This document shows, one piece after another, positions 53,573-63,445 of a DNA stretch of 64,000 bases. Made by a program: the position numbers and the translations under genes. The stretch's first letter is position 1; each line of letters begins with the position of its first letter. This DNA comes from Candidatus Hydrothermarchaeales archaeon (GTDB lineage Archaea; Hydrothermarchaeota; Hydrothermarchaeia; Hydrothermarchaeales; JAZGAD01): the NCBI GenBank assembly GCA_036444275.1, contig JAZGAD010000015.1, positions 1 through 64,000 of the forward strand, in the 5' to 3' direction. The notes beneath the pieces are model-generated. The model was not told where the DNA came from and did not search any database. It saw nothing but the letters and a program-made list of their open reading frames with translations.

Positions 53573-53879
53573 ACTCCTACCCCCAGAAAACACCATTAGT
53601 ATGCAGTCGACACGACACAGCTCTCTTCCCACTAAGATCAGGCTGCATCTTACTACGGCTGAGCACTCACCTCCTCCTTTGAGAATGCGATATCCAAAGC
53701 ACTTCTTTAAATGTAGGAAATCCGTAAAAAATAGATTTTGATTTGGATGTATGAGAAAACTCCGAAAATTAGCCAGATGAACTCCTGTCTCCTGTGCAAA
53801 TCTTAAAGCGCGACACGTTTTATACGGCTATTGTTTTTTACCGTGCTGTGTGCTCTTCACCATATAAATAAATCCGTTC

Positions 53880-55673
53880 CTATGGTGTCCACTCTTCTTC
53901 CTCTTCGCCCCGCTTCTTCCATAGGTATACAAGTGATGCAGCTACACCTACAGCGATGAGCACCCCGAGTAATGTGTACCTCAGCCGCGATGGAGGCTTC
54001 TCTTCTGGCACGAGCGGATTTGGGTCCTGCGCGTCCATCAGTCCATCGCCGTCTGTGTCAGCACTGTAGGGATTCGTCTTCAAGAGCTTCTCCTGCTCGT
54101 CGGTGAGACCGTCGCCATCAGTATCAATAGGCGGAGGAGGCGTCGTTGTGGGCGGAGCAGTAGTCAGTGGAGGCGGTGTAGTAGTTGGAGCAGGAGCAGG
54201 CGTGGTAGTTGGAGGTAGAGGGGTTGTAGTAGGAGGAGGAAGCGTAGTAGTAGGTGGTGCTGTAGTTGCAGGCACTAAGGGATTTGGATCCTGCGCGTCC
54301 CATATGCCATCGCCATCAGTATCAGCCTTTAGGGGATTGGTACCAGCGGTTGCCTCCCGCCCGTCGGTCAGGCCATCACCATCAGTATCTGCCTTCTTCG
54401 GGTCTGTGCCTAGTTCGGCTTCTTTCGCATCTGTCAAGCCATCACCGTCAGTATCTACAATAGTGGACGAAGGAGCCAATGAAGTGTGCTTTATCGCAAA
54501 TATCGTATTGCCACTTATCCCTATGACATCGTCTAAATAACCGTCTCCATCCAAGTCCACTGGTGCTAGGACTTGGGCTCCCGTGAGATTGTATGGGGAT
54601 TCCTTGGTGCTGTCCTCGTAGTAGAATCCTATCTGCTTGCCGTTTGAATTGAGGGCGTAAATCTTACTGTCCCTGCCCACAAGTACGCCTTCCATCTGTC
54701 CATCAGAGTTAAAATCAATGGCTGTTATAGTGTCGGCGTTGGTAGTGAAGAGCCACCTCCTCCCGCCACTAGGATATAAAGCATGAACTGACTCGGCTTT
54801 CACCACGATATGATCCAGTTTTCCCTTGGAGTCGATGTCCACTGCCTGTAGCTGTATTCTCTTCTCGCCGAGGTACCCCCTGTAATCCCATCTTGTCTCT
54901 CCAGCAGAATTGAAGGCAGTAACATTTACGAAGCTTCTCTCTTTGGTTCCGACTACTACATCGCTTAGATAGCCATCTGAGTCTAGGTCCGCAGACGTAA
55001 TAGAATATGCAACATCTGATACCAAGCGGTTCCATACCTCCTTCCCTTCAGAGTTAACGAGGAATACTATCTTGCTGGAGCCTATTGCCACGCTTTCCGG
55101 CACGCCGTTCATATCTAGATCGACACTAGCTAGGGACTCCGCGTTCCCGCTTCCTATACTAAGATTCCATAGAGAGCTACCGTCAGAGTCTATGGCATAG
55201 ACCTTTTTCCAGCCCCCAACCACGATTTCATTTGGCTTTCCATCTCCATCCAAGTCAACTGCAGCAAGAGAATAAACAGAGCCCGCTGTTTCGAATCTCC
55301 ATAATTGCTGCCCGCTTAAGTCGATGGCATAAACATCACCGGAGCCTATGACAACGTCGTTTAGGTACCCATCACCATCTAGGTCAGCTGCTACTATCGC
55401 ACCGTCTGTTGTACCCCTCTGTACAGGGAGGCTCCATAGCAGTTGCGGCCCAGTGAAGCTGAACATTAAAACTCTAGAGCCAGAGCCGTCTAATACTCCA
55501 AAGGCGTCTATCTTGCCGTCAGAGTCTAAATCCACGTTAACAACGGATGCGCTTCCACTGCTTGTAGAGATGGAAATATAATTTTTATCGAATTCCTCAG
55601 TGAGTTCCTGAGCGAAGACTGGAGCAGTGAGTAGAAGAAGAAAGAGTAAGATTACCTTAAAAGTGAATTTCAT
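53880..55673 (-). CDS. Membrane-anchored surface protein: FG-GAP/beta-propeller, DxDGDG Ca-binding repeats, Pro/Thr linker
   Basis: Signal peptide, DLDGDG repeats, DTDGDGLTD repeats, C-terminal TM. Confidence 0.85.
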   Translation of the reverse strand: MKFTFKVILLFLLLLTAPVFAQELTEEFDKNYISISTSSGSASVVNVDLDSDGKIDAFGVLDGSGSRVLMFSFTGPQLLWSLPVQRGTTDGAIVAADLDGDGYLNDVVIGSGDVYAIDLSGQQLWRFETAGSVYSLAAVDLDGDGKPNEIVVGGWKKVYAIDSDGSSLWNLSIGSGNAESLASVDLDMNGVPESVAIGSSKIVFLVNSEGKEVWNRLVSDVAYSITSADLDSDGYLSDVVVGTKERSFVNVTAFNSAGETRWDYRGYLGEKRIQLQAVDIDSKGKLDHIVVKAESVHALYPSGGRRWLFTTNADTITAIDFNSDGQMEGVLVGRDSKIYALNSNGKQIGFYYEDSTKESPYNLTGAQVLAPVDLDGDGYLDDVIGISGNTIFAIKHTSLAPSSTIVDTDGDGLTDAKEAELGTDPKKADTDGDGLTDGREATAGTNPLKADTDGDGIWDAQDPNPLVPATTAPPTTTLPPPTTTPLPPTTTPAPAPTTTPPPLTTAPPTTTPPPPIDTDGDGLTDEQEKLLKTNPYSADTDGDGLMDAQDPNPLVPEEKPPSRLRYTLLGVLIAVGVAASLVYLWKKRGEEEEEWTP

Positions 55674-55697
55674 ATTTTTAACTCCGTTTTACTTTAC

Positions 55698-57632
55698 TCA
55701 CTCCATATAGTCTTTCCGCCTCTCCCATAAGACATCCAAGATCTTTTCTCTTGCATATATTAATACGAATATTGCTACTATAGTTATTACTATCCATTTT
55801 AGGTATCCTGCATATTCCCCTAAACCCAGCGATGGCAGAATACCCTTGGAAGAGGGAAGGACGTTTATCATCACTGTGTCGAAGGCCGTCTGCCCCGTGT
55901 CTTCTGTTATCGTTATGGTTACTTCATGTGTGCCCTCAGGAAGTGCTATGCTTATCGATTGAGTAGTGCCGAGGACGATGTTGCCTTCTCTCCACAGATA
56001 TGAGGTTATGCTTGCATCCGACTTGCTGAGCGTCGCCTTAGCCATAAGGGTGATGGTCGTTCCCTCCACCACAGTCATATCTGAACCGGCGTCCGCAGTC
56101 AATAGCTTTGCTTTAATGGGCTTTACGGTAATCTTTAGTGTATCCGAGGCTTTTTCGCCTTTATCATCGGTTATCTCAAGGCTTACCTCATGAATCCCAA
56201 CCGAGAACTCTTGGGTTATAGAACTTTCACTGCCTAAAATCTTGCCGCTTTCACTCCATAAATAGGCTACGATCTTGCCGGTGGATGTGCTTGGAGTTGC
56301 ATCTGCGGTTAGCGTTAGCTCCGTCCCCTCGTCTATGGTCTTGTCAGGGCCTAAGTCAACTGATATCTCCTGCGTCACTAGCGGTGGTGAAGTAGTTTGT
56401 GGCGGTGCAGTTGTTTGAGGTGGAGCGGTAGTCTGAGGCGCAGTTGTAGTTGGGGGTGATGTAGTAGGAGGAACAGTAGTAGGTGGAACAGTAGTCTGGG
56501 GCGCAGTTGTGACATCACTTATTTGAGAGACAATTATGTGTGCGTTTTTGTCTAACTTGCTTGCCGCCACTATATCATTTGCTTTTCCATCTAGGTCGTA
56601 GTCTATCCCGATGAGTTTGGTGCCTCCCGTCTCGTTGAAAGTTCCCAGCTTCTGCCCAAGGCCGCTGTAGACATATACCTCCCCGGTGTCGGTTCTTTCT
56701 TTTCCCACGGCGACATCGTCTAGGATTCCATCCCCATCGAGATCTATTGACGCTATACCTGATGAACCCACAATGCTGGCAGTACCTACCTGCACCCCAT
56801 TTGAATTCAACCAATATACCCCTCTATCAAAGTTCACGACGACATGGTCAAGCTTACCTTTGGAAGTTTTATCAAGCGCAACCAGGTTTACGTTTAACAG
56901 ATCTACATCTATAATCTTCTTCTTGTAATCCCATCTTTTTACGCCGTATTTATCGATGGCTACTACGCTTCCATCCCGAGAAGCCACTGCAACGCCGTTC
57001 ATATTCCCTACCCCCTCCAGATCGAATGCTGTTATGGCAGCAAGCGTATCTGGTGCTACTGTAGTCCATTTCCGGCCTCCGTAGAAATCAAGGGCAAAGA
57101 CAGTGTTTTTAGCCTTGTAGCCGCCTACTACAAGCCCTCTTATAGCTGTTAAGTAGCCAACGCCCCCATCTAACTCGCTGTAGTTCCATAGGGGAATTCC
57201 AGAGCCGCTAAACGCATTTACCTTCTTCCACCCACCTATCACTACTTCGCTTAGGTTTCCATCGCCATTCAGATCAGCTGCGACAGCTGAATAGCCCTTT
57301 GAGTTAATCTTCCATAGTTCCACGCCATTATCAATGCCGAGTATACTATCCCCTACGATGACTACTTCGTCTAGTAGGCCGTCGGAGTCCAGATCAACTG
57401 CTACGATAGCGGCTACACTACCTACAGAGACTTCCCAGTTTTGCGAGCCTATTGCCACTGCCTTAGAAGACGAGCCGACCACCGCGGTGTCAGGTATGCC
57501 ATCGCCGTTGGAGTCTAGGGAAGCGATAGCTGTGGGCGGGGTAGTAATAGAAACCGTGTTTACTTCCACCAGCCCGGCATATACCACGGGCAGGGACATG
57601 AATACAATAAGCATCAATGCGATCTTCAACAT
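55698..57632 (-). CDS. Membrane-anchored surface protein: FG-GAP/beta-propeller, Thr/Pro linker, two PKD domains
   Basis: DLDxDG repeats, PQTTAP linker, YLWSE..GIHEV, C-terminal TM. Confidence 0.85.
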   Translation of the reverse strand: MLKIALMLIVFMSLPVVYAGLVEVNTVSITTPPTAIASLDSNGDGIPDTAVVGSSSKAVAIGSQNWEVSVGSVAAIVAVDLDSDGLLDEVVIVGDSILGIDNGVELWKINSKGYSAVAADLNGDGNLSEVVIGGWKKVNAFSGSGIPLWNYSELDGGVGYLTAIRGLVVGGYKAKNTVFALDFYGGRKWTTVAPDTLAAITAFDLEGVGNMNGVAVASRDGSVVAIDKYGVKRWDYKKKIIDVDLLNVNLVALDKTSKGKLDHVVVNFDRGVYWLNSNGVQVGTASIVGSSGIASIDLDGDGILDDVAVGKERTDTGEVYVYSGLGQKLGTFNETGGTKLIGIDYDLDGKANDIVAASKLDKNAHIIVSQISDVTTAPQTTVPPTTVPPTTSPPTTTAPQTTAPPQTTAPPQTTSPPLVTQEISVDLGPDKTIDEGTELTLTADATPSTSTGKIVAYLWSESGKILGSESSITQEFSVGIHEVSLEITDDKGEKASDTLKITVKPIKAKLLTADAGSDMTVVEGTTITLMAKATLSKSDASITSYLWREGNIVLGTTQSISIALPEGTHEVTITITEDTGQTAFDTVMINVLPSSKGILPSLGLGEYAGYLKWIVITIVAIFVLIYAREKILDVLWERRKDYME

Positions 57633-57946
57633 TTAATTCCCTCTGGTGTGAACTTTTTATCTCAGGTTCATTATGCATCCTATTATATATCTTATTATAA
57701 TTTGGTATTTTAGTATGTAACTCTATATTCCTTTTAATAACTCTTACTTTAAAAATATTGAGAATAAAGAGGTTCCGGCCGTTTTCCTTTTCCTTCTTTG
57801 TTTTTAGGGGTTTAATGCTACTGTCATAAAAAAACTGCTTATGAACGTGAAACGCACTCTATTTTTATACTTTCTGGAACTTGGAACCTAGTGTTTTGCT
57901 TCGTTCTCCTCCCGGTTTACAAATTCTAAACCGGCACCAACCAAAT

Positions 57947-58021
57947 CGAAAGGTTTATATATGCCGTATCCCCTCCTCATTAAGAGGATTTCAGCCTCCT
58001 AATATCGAAAGATATATATAT
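57947..58021 (+). promoter_or_regulatory. Tandem BRE/TATA promoters of the S-layer gene
   Basis: CGAAAGGTTTATATAT (57947) and CGAAAGATATATATAT (58006); GGAGGT near 58066. Confidence 0.65.
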
Positions 58022-58079
58022 CGGGGGTCTTTGAAAGGAAAATAAAAATAAATCTAAAAAAATATGGAGGTAAGAGGGT

Positions 58080-59663
58080 ATGGTAAACTTAAGAAAAATT
58101 GGAGCTATAGCGACTGGCGCTCTGTTTATCGGGGCTACACTCGGTATGGCAGTGGCAGTTACAGTGCCTACTACGTTCCAGAGTAGCATGCTCGCCCAGA
58201 ACGGCGTTGCAAAAGCGAAGCTCGTTATAGGCGATAAAGCGGGCGGTATCGCGGCAGATAGGGCTAGTGCTAACATTATAGCGGACGCAGTTGCTGACAA
58301 GCTCGCAGTTTCAGGCGGCACCGGTGGTCAGATTGAGGTTAAGTATGGCCAACAGGACCTGAACGACGTTGATGGTGTGACTAGCAAGGACTACTTTGAC
58401 CTCGACGGCGATGGAGAAGGTGATAACAACACGATAGATCTAGATGGAACAGGTATCCAAGACAGCCGATACTATGCCGTTGAAGGCGCGTTAAAGTATG
58501 ATGCAAACGCCGACGGCGACTTAAAAGACAGCGGCGACTACAACCTCTACAGCGGCATATACACCGTGAACGGAGCAGACGGTGCGATAAGATTCACCTA
58601 CGCCGTAGGTGGAAGCGACATGATAAACGTGGAATCAAGCTACAAAGACGCCGATGATGAACTAGAGAAAGGAGAGGTCTTCAAAGTTAAAGGGACGAAG
58701 TATGCGCTGACAGACATAGAATGGGATTCAGGTGAAGTGGACATAGGACCCGCTAAAGCACTGAAATTCGGAGCGGTTACGGTGGCGGGAAATGTAGACG
58801 CGGATCACGCAAGGATTGTTACAGGAGACTGGAAGATACTCTACAACACTCCAGATACAAATATAGATACAATTAACTTCTATGAGGGCGGCTCCTTGGT
58901 AGACACATATATAATCGACGCTAATGCTGCTACCCCAATAAAGTTGAACGAGAAGGTAGCCGTTGGCACACTCGAAGATTCATACAACATATACCTGATA
59001 ACACACCCCGCCGCTAGTGCCGCTATGAGCTTCGTCGACAAGGATGCTACAGTGGAACTTGTGAACGACCAGGAAAACGCCTTGGGCTATGCCAAGGTAT
59101 TGATAAACGACGACGACTTCGATAATACAGCTGGTGCCAAGATTACGAAGGCGATAGCCTTCCAGGACACTGTAGTCACTCTGGTTAGGGATGACACCAT
59201 AGACTTGGCTGATACGGACTTCCAGTTGAAATGGAGTATATCCAAAGAACTTGACATAAAGCGCGCGAAGGACAAGACCCAGGCAAGCGGAGCGAAGTGG
59301 AAGTCAAGCAAATACAAAGACTTCCTCCAGGGAACAGATGGCACAGACATATACATCTCCGTGACTGGAGGCGGATCAGCAACACCCTCTGTACCAGTAG
59401 TCACAGACGACGCAGTGACCAGCGCAGACAAGAGCGGCTACAACCTCGTCTTAGTAGGCGGACCAGTTGCCAACAGCTTGACTGCAGACCTGGGCTCAAC
59501 CAAAGCAGACGATGCAGGTGACCTTGCCTTCTGGCAAGCCAGCGATGGAGACATAAAGGTCGTCTCTAGCGCATTTACATCAGGTAAATACGGCATAGTC
59601 GTCGCAGGCAAGAACAGAGAAGCAACGAAGACAGCTGCAGAAGCACTCGCAGCCGCACTATAA
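58080..59663 (+). CDS. S-layer protein (Methanococcales/Thermococcales type)
   Basis: KIGAIATGALFIGATLG leader, LVIG..AAD, NLVLVGGPVAN, IVVAGKNREAT. Confidence 0.9.
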   Translation: MVNLRKIGAIATGALFIGATLGMAVAVTVPTTFQSSMLAQNGVAKAKLVIGDKAGGIAADRASANIIADAVADKLAVSGGTGGQIEVKYGQQDLNDVDGVTSKDYFDLDGDGEGDNNTIDLDGTGIQDSRYYAVEGALKYDANADGDLKDSGDYNLYSGIYTVNGADGAIRFTYAVGGSDMINVESSYKDADDELEKGEVFKVKGTKYALTDIEWDSGEVDIGPAKALKFGAVTVAGNVDADHARIVTGDWKILYNTPDTNIDTINFYEGGSLVDTYIIDANAATPIKLNEKVAVGTLEDSYNIYLITHPAASAAMSFVDKDATVELVNDQENALGYAKVLINDDDFDNTAGAKITKAIAFQDTVVTLVRDDTIDLADTDFQLKWSISKELDIKRAKDKTQASGAKWKSSKYKDFLQGTDGTDIYISVTGGGSATPSVPVVTDDAVTSADKSGYNLVLVGGPVANSLTADLGSTKADDAGDLAFWQASDGDIKVVSSAFTSGKYGIVVAGKNREATKTAAEALAAAL

Positions 59664-59769
59664 ACAAGAACAGAAACGCTAAAAAATAGAAGCCTCCGGG
59701 CTTCTATCCTTTCTTTTTTTTATTTTTATAACGATTTAAGTTGATTCCTGGAAGTGATAATAGTCCATG
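59583..59769 (+). repeat. S-layer 3' end + terminator, copy 1 (resident)
   Basis: 73-bp core 59594-59666 identical to copies 2 and 3. Confidence 0.95.
59687..59728 (+). terminator. Hairpin + U-tract terminator
   Basis: TAGAAGCC-TCCG-GGCTTCTA followed by T-rich run. Confidence 0.85.
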
Positions 59770-59830
59770 GAGAAGCCGTAAGATCATAATAGAAGGTCCG
59801 GTCACAATATTTTTTAAAGAGCTGATTACT

Positions 59831-59986
59831 ATGAGCGAAGTTGTAACTATCTCGGGAGAAAAATACCTCGGGATGAAAAGGGAAATTGATACCTTGAGGA
59901 AAACAAAACTGTATAAGAGGCTTCTTGAGTTTGAAGAGGATATAAAGAGAGGCAATATTTATACAAGAAACGATTTAGGGTTCTGA
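59831..59986 (+). CDS. Orphan RelB-like antitoxin
   Basis: VTISGEKY..MKREI..EEDIKRGNIY. Confidence 0.55.
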   Translation: MSEVVTISGEKYLGMKREIDTLRKTKLYKRLLEFEEDIKRGNIYTRNDLGF

Positions 59987-60100
59987 TTTTTCTTTAAGTT
60001 TTTCGATGGTTGCCTGTTGCCTTGCTGCACTGGTTTTCATTTCATACTCGAAGACATAGATTTGATTTGTATTTCTCACATGTTTGAAATAAAAAAGTTT

Positions 60101-60121
60101 ACATATGTTAATTACATATGT
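60101..60121. promoter_or_regulatory. Tandem palindromic operator
   Basis: ACATATGT twice upstream of TA pair. Confidence 0.5.
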
Positions 60122-60137
60122 TTAGTGGAGATGTTGA

Positions 60138-60407
60138 ATGATTCTTGAGTGGAAGGGACTTCCAGTTATACCGAGCAAGAGTGCTGCAGACGAGATGTAT
60201 AGGGAAAAATTGCTCATTCACGACATCGTCGAAATCCTTGAAAACGGCTATGACTGTGCGAGGAGCAGACGAGGGGCGGATGTGTATGAGAGGTGCGTGG
60301 ACACAAAAAATAAGACACTGAAGGTCGTGGTTGCCAGATCTTACAATTATGACTTGAAGAGTGAGGTCTGGGTAGTAACCCATGTGGGTATGTTCACCAG
60401 GAGGTAG
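60138..60407 (+). CDS. DUF4258-like putative toxin
   Basis: Paralog of 40462-40728 (EILENG..ERC..KVVV..WVVTHVG). Confidence 0.65.
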   Translation: MILEWKGLPVIPSKSAADEMYREKLLIHDIVEILENGYDCARSRRGADVYERCVDTKNKTLKVVVARSYNYDLKSEVWVVTHVGMFTRR

Positions 60408-60411
60408 AGTT

Positions 60412-60720
60412 ATGGAAGGAATGAGATGCGTCAAATGCAATGGAACGGCTAAGAAGGCCAAGCTAACTTTCCAAGGCATTGAGATAGACGGCTGGAGATG
60501 CAAATGCGGGGAAGAGTACTTCGATCCAGCTCAAGCTGAAAGGATTTTACTGTTGAACAAGCTGAAGGATGAAAGCTTCGAGGTCACCCTAGGGAAGAGC
60601 AGGAGCAACCTTATAATAAGGATCCCAGCCAAGGTGCAAGCTGCCCTGGATCTGAAGAAGGGGAAAACTATAACGCTGAGGGTCGAGGATGCTAAAAAAC
60701 TCGGGTTAGTAGTTACCTAG
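60412..60720 (+). CDS. Zinc finger + AbrB antitoxin
   Basis: CVKC..CKCGE..DP.Q..LLLNKL..LIIRIP; paralog of 40141-40461. Confidence 0.8.
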   Translation: MEGMRCVKCNGTAKKAKLTFQGIEIDGWRCKCGEEYFDPAQAERILLLNKLKDESFEVTLGKSRSNLIIRIPAKVQAALDLKKGKTITLRVEDAKKLGLVVT

Positions 60721-60884
60721 GGTTATTGAATTCTGATTCCTTACACCATCAGTACATGCAAGAACCGAGATGCAATAGCTTAGCTGCTCAAACTCGGTGC
60801 CACACTTAAATAAACCATAAAAACAGAATTTAAGCGAACTCAACATCACTGTCGGTACATCCCTTTTTTTTACCCTTGTTTCAT

Positions 60885-60986
60885 TCAGATCATCTCTACC
60901 AAGCCGAGGTCTTTTGTCTTTTCAAAGATTTTCTTGTCAGCTGTTTTCAACTTGAATTTCAACTCCTTTGCAACGGGCAAATACGC
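60885..60986 (-). pseudogene. VapC C-terminal fragment
   Basis: AYLPVAKELKFKLKTADKKIF, PIN C-terminal pattern. Confidence 0.55.
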
Positions 60987-61169
60987 CATAGTCGTCGCAG
61001 GCAAGAACAGAGAAGCAACGAAGACAGCTGCAGAAGCACTCGCAGCCGCACTATAAACATAACAGAAACGAAACGCGAACAAAAAATTAGAAGCCTTCGG
61101 GCTTCTATCCTTTCTTTTTTTTATTTTTATAACGATTTAGTTGATTCTTACAAGTAATGATAGTTCACG
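60962..61169 (+). repeat. S-layer 3' end + terminator, copy 2
   Basis: Core 60987-61059; hairpin TAGAAGCCTTCGGGCTTCTA. Confidence 0.95.
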
Positions 61170-61179
61170 AATCGTTACA

Positions 61180-61273
61180 TGAAGGGGGCGTTAACCGGGT
61201 GATGGCACCCCTGTGGTTGCGGTGTGCAACTCCGAAGGAATCCCCGGCCTTTAGGTCGCTGGGCGGATGTCAA
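61180..61273 (+). mobile_element. IS200/IS605-like right end (tnpB 3' / omegaRNA) remnant
   Basis: GGAATCCCCGGCCTTTAGGTCG..GGGCGGATGTCAA, typical right-end hairpin ending in TCAA. Confidence 0.6.
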
Positions 61274-61379
61274 TTACGATGACTTTTCATATTTTAGCGA
61301 TATCAGCGGATTATAATACCGCCTTGCCATGTTATAAACAGTAGAACTCAGGTACATTACTTCGGTGGAATGAGGGTTG

Positions 61380-61841
61380 TTATTCAATAAGTTCCTTCAA
61401 TCTCTGTCTATCTTCTGCTTTTTCGATGTTTATGGATTCCAGACCTTCTTTTGCAGCCGCTTTAAGGAGGCTCTTATCGCAGGCTAGAAATAAAGGCGAG
61501 ATGCTGACTATACAAGAGAAAAGTTGTAATGCATCATCTGCCGAGATGTGATGCGTTAATATCTTCTCAATTATAGGATATAGAAATTCGTCAGATAATC
61601 GTACAAGGGTGATGTTTTTGTCCAGTATATCTGAAAAGAGTATAGACAAGGACAAGTCTCTTTCTTCCGCAGTAATCTGTTTTTTCGCAACCTTTCTATC
61701 AATGGCCGCTGTTGCTTCAGCTAAAGTCCAGTGAGAGGTAACAATCTCATTGTCACTTTCAAAAATATCGCTTATTGCTTTAGATCCCTCTTCCTCACAA
61801 TATCTCTTCACAAAAGCAGAGGTGTCAAGGTAGACCTTCAT
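61380..61841 (-). CDS. vapC: VapC (PIN) toxin
   Basis: YLDTSAFVKRY.EEGS, DALQL, ACDKSL. Confidence 0.9.
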   Translation of the reverse strand: MKVYLDTSAFVKRYCEEEGSKAISDIFESDNEIVTSHWTLAEATAAIDRKVAKKQITAEERDLSLSILFSDILDKNITLVRLSDEFLYPIIEKILTHHISADDALQLFSCIVSISPLFLACDKSLLKAAAKEGLESINIEKAEDRQRLKELIE

Positions 61842-62062
61842 TAAGCTCCCCTAGTTTGCATGACAATCTTGGATAGCGGCTCGCCTTTTGATAGAATCTT
61901 TTTTACTTTCTCAATGTCTTTTTTAGATGTTTTACGGATCTCCAGTTTTAATCTATTCGCTATCTCTACCACCTTTTCACCTTTAGAAGTGTATAATCCG
62001 GTCTTCACCAACTTCTCGGATAACTCACTGATTATCTTCTTCTCAGAAACCATCTCTATCAC
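61841..62062 (-). CDS. Putative antitoxin
   Basis: Small basic ORF ending PLSKIVMQTR, coupled to vapC. Confidence 0.7.
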   Translation of the reverse strand: MIEMVSEKKIISELSEKLVKTGLYTSKGEKVVEIANRLKLEIRKTSKKDIEKVKKILSKGEPLSKIVMQTRGA

Positions 62063-62097
62063 TATCTACGATGAGTCTTGCAAGTATAAAAGATTTT

Positions 62098-62353
62098 GTA
62101 TTTTTGGAGGATGTCCTTATTCGGTACGATTATATCAACACCTAGATCGAATAGACTTGCAAGTGCTCTTTCTATATCCCCCTGGATCAAATCCCCTGTA
62201 TCCTAAGAGGTTCCCAAGTTCATATAAGGTTAAATCGCATATGATTATCGGGATCTTCCCACTCAAGAAATCATCCCTTATCACCAAGGCCTTTTCGGAA
62301 CCCTCTCCCTCAAGAAACCACTTTGCAACGACAGATGTATCTAAGACGACCAT
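62098..62353 (-). pseudogene. VapC 5' part, frameshifted and truncated
   Basis: MVVLDTSVVAKWF..YELGN; extra G in G-run near 62180, then DIERALASLFDLGV..ILQKI. Confidence 0.8.
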
Positions 62354-62544
62354 CTGCCGTCTCTCCACTCCCGTAAAAGTTCAACACTACTCTTGCCTTT
62401 CACAAATGACCTTGATTTCCTCCTCAACCTATCTTGAACTTCTGCGGCGTCCTTCGCTGAGGTGGAATCATGGAGCCTGTGCCCAACTAGAATCTCAAAG
62501 CGTTTTTCAATAGCACCCATATCTATCATATCCAAGATTATCAT
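62341..62544 (-). CDS. Putative VapB antitoxin
   Basis: C-terminal SSVELLREWRD overlapping the vapC start. Confidence 0.7.
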   Translation of the reverse strand: MIILDMIDMGAIEKRFEILVGHRLHDSTSAKDAAEVQDRLRRKSRSFVKGKSSVELLREWRDGRWSS

Positions 62545-62636
62545 TTATAATCCTTATAATACTTACTAACGGAGGCACTGTGTTTGGCGGTGTTTTGTTT
62601 TTGAAGTCAATATGAGGGCATTGGAAATTATCTTTG

Positions 62637-62816
62637 ACTCCTTTGCAACGGGCAAATACGCCATAGTCGTCGCAGGCAAGAACAGAGAAGCAACGAAGAC
62701 AGCTGCAGAAGCACTCGCAGCCGCACTATAAACATAACAGAAACGAAACGCTAAAAAATGGAAGCCTTCAGGCTTCTACTTCTTTTTTTTTATTTTTTAC
62801 AACGATCCCTGGAAAG
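62637..62816 (+). repeat. S-layer 3' end + terminator, copy 3
   Basis: Core 62662-62734; hairpin GAAGCCTTCAGGCTTC + T run. Confidence 0.95.
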
Positions 62817-63039
62817 GTATAAGTATAAGAAAATTACACATCTCAGGGGTTCTCCGCTTATTCCTTGATGACTCCTCCGTAAAATCACTAGAACATGTCA
62901 AGCTCTTCGAGTGAATAATACACTAGAGCAGTGGTTCGGATGTTTGTGGCCATGTAGCCTCGGCGAGAAAGGAGGGGATTAAGAGAAGAGTGGTAGATGG
63001 GTAGTAATATATAAATCAGATGAGTTCCTATTTATCGGC

Positions 63040-63444
63040 ATGCGATTCGATAAATTCTTCAGTGAAAAAAAATACGTTGAACTCGCGTATCTCTTCGGTT
63101 CTTTTGCAGAAGGCAGATTTAGTAAATTGAGTGATATAGATATCGGTATTTATCTTTCTGATGACCTGTCAAAAAAACAGAGAAATCGAAAGCATCTTAA
63201 GTTGATTGCGGAACTTACAAGTTTTTTAAAAAACGATAAGATAGACCTTGTGATAATGAACGATGCCTCCTTGGCTATAAACTTCGAGATAATCAAGGCA
63301 AACAGGCCGGTTTTCGTCAGGGAGAGGGATTTAAAACTTGAGGTGGAGCAGCGGATCATGTCCCGCTATCTAGATCGGGAGTTTCACGAAAGGCGTCTCA
63401 ATGCGGCATTCCTTAAAAGGGCTGCAACTCGGGGGCTGGCATAG
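63040..63444 (+). CDS. mntA: Minimal nucleotidyltransferase antitoxin (type VII TA)
   Basis: YLFGSFAEG..SDIDIG, IDLV. Confidence 0.9.
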   Translation: MRFDKFFSEKKYVELAYLFGSFAEGRFSKLSDIDIGIYLSDDLSKKQRNRKHLKLIAELTSFLKNDKIDLVIMNDASLAINFEIIKANRPVFVRERDLKLEVEQRIMSRYLDREFHERRLNAAFLKRAATRGLA

Positions 63445-63445
63445 C

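Noticed and set aside
54120-56510. Short tandem repeats as regulatory or CRISPR-like elements
   Set aside because: They encode the Pro/Thr linkers of surface proteins
59583-62816. CRISPR array or classical integron attC array
   Set aside because: Repeats are ~180-200 bp of coding tail plus terminator, with >1-kb gene-bearing spacers; no cas or intI genes and no attC-like structure seen
62880-62990. tRNA-like GGTTCG sequence
   Set aside because: No cloverleaf could be formed
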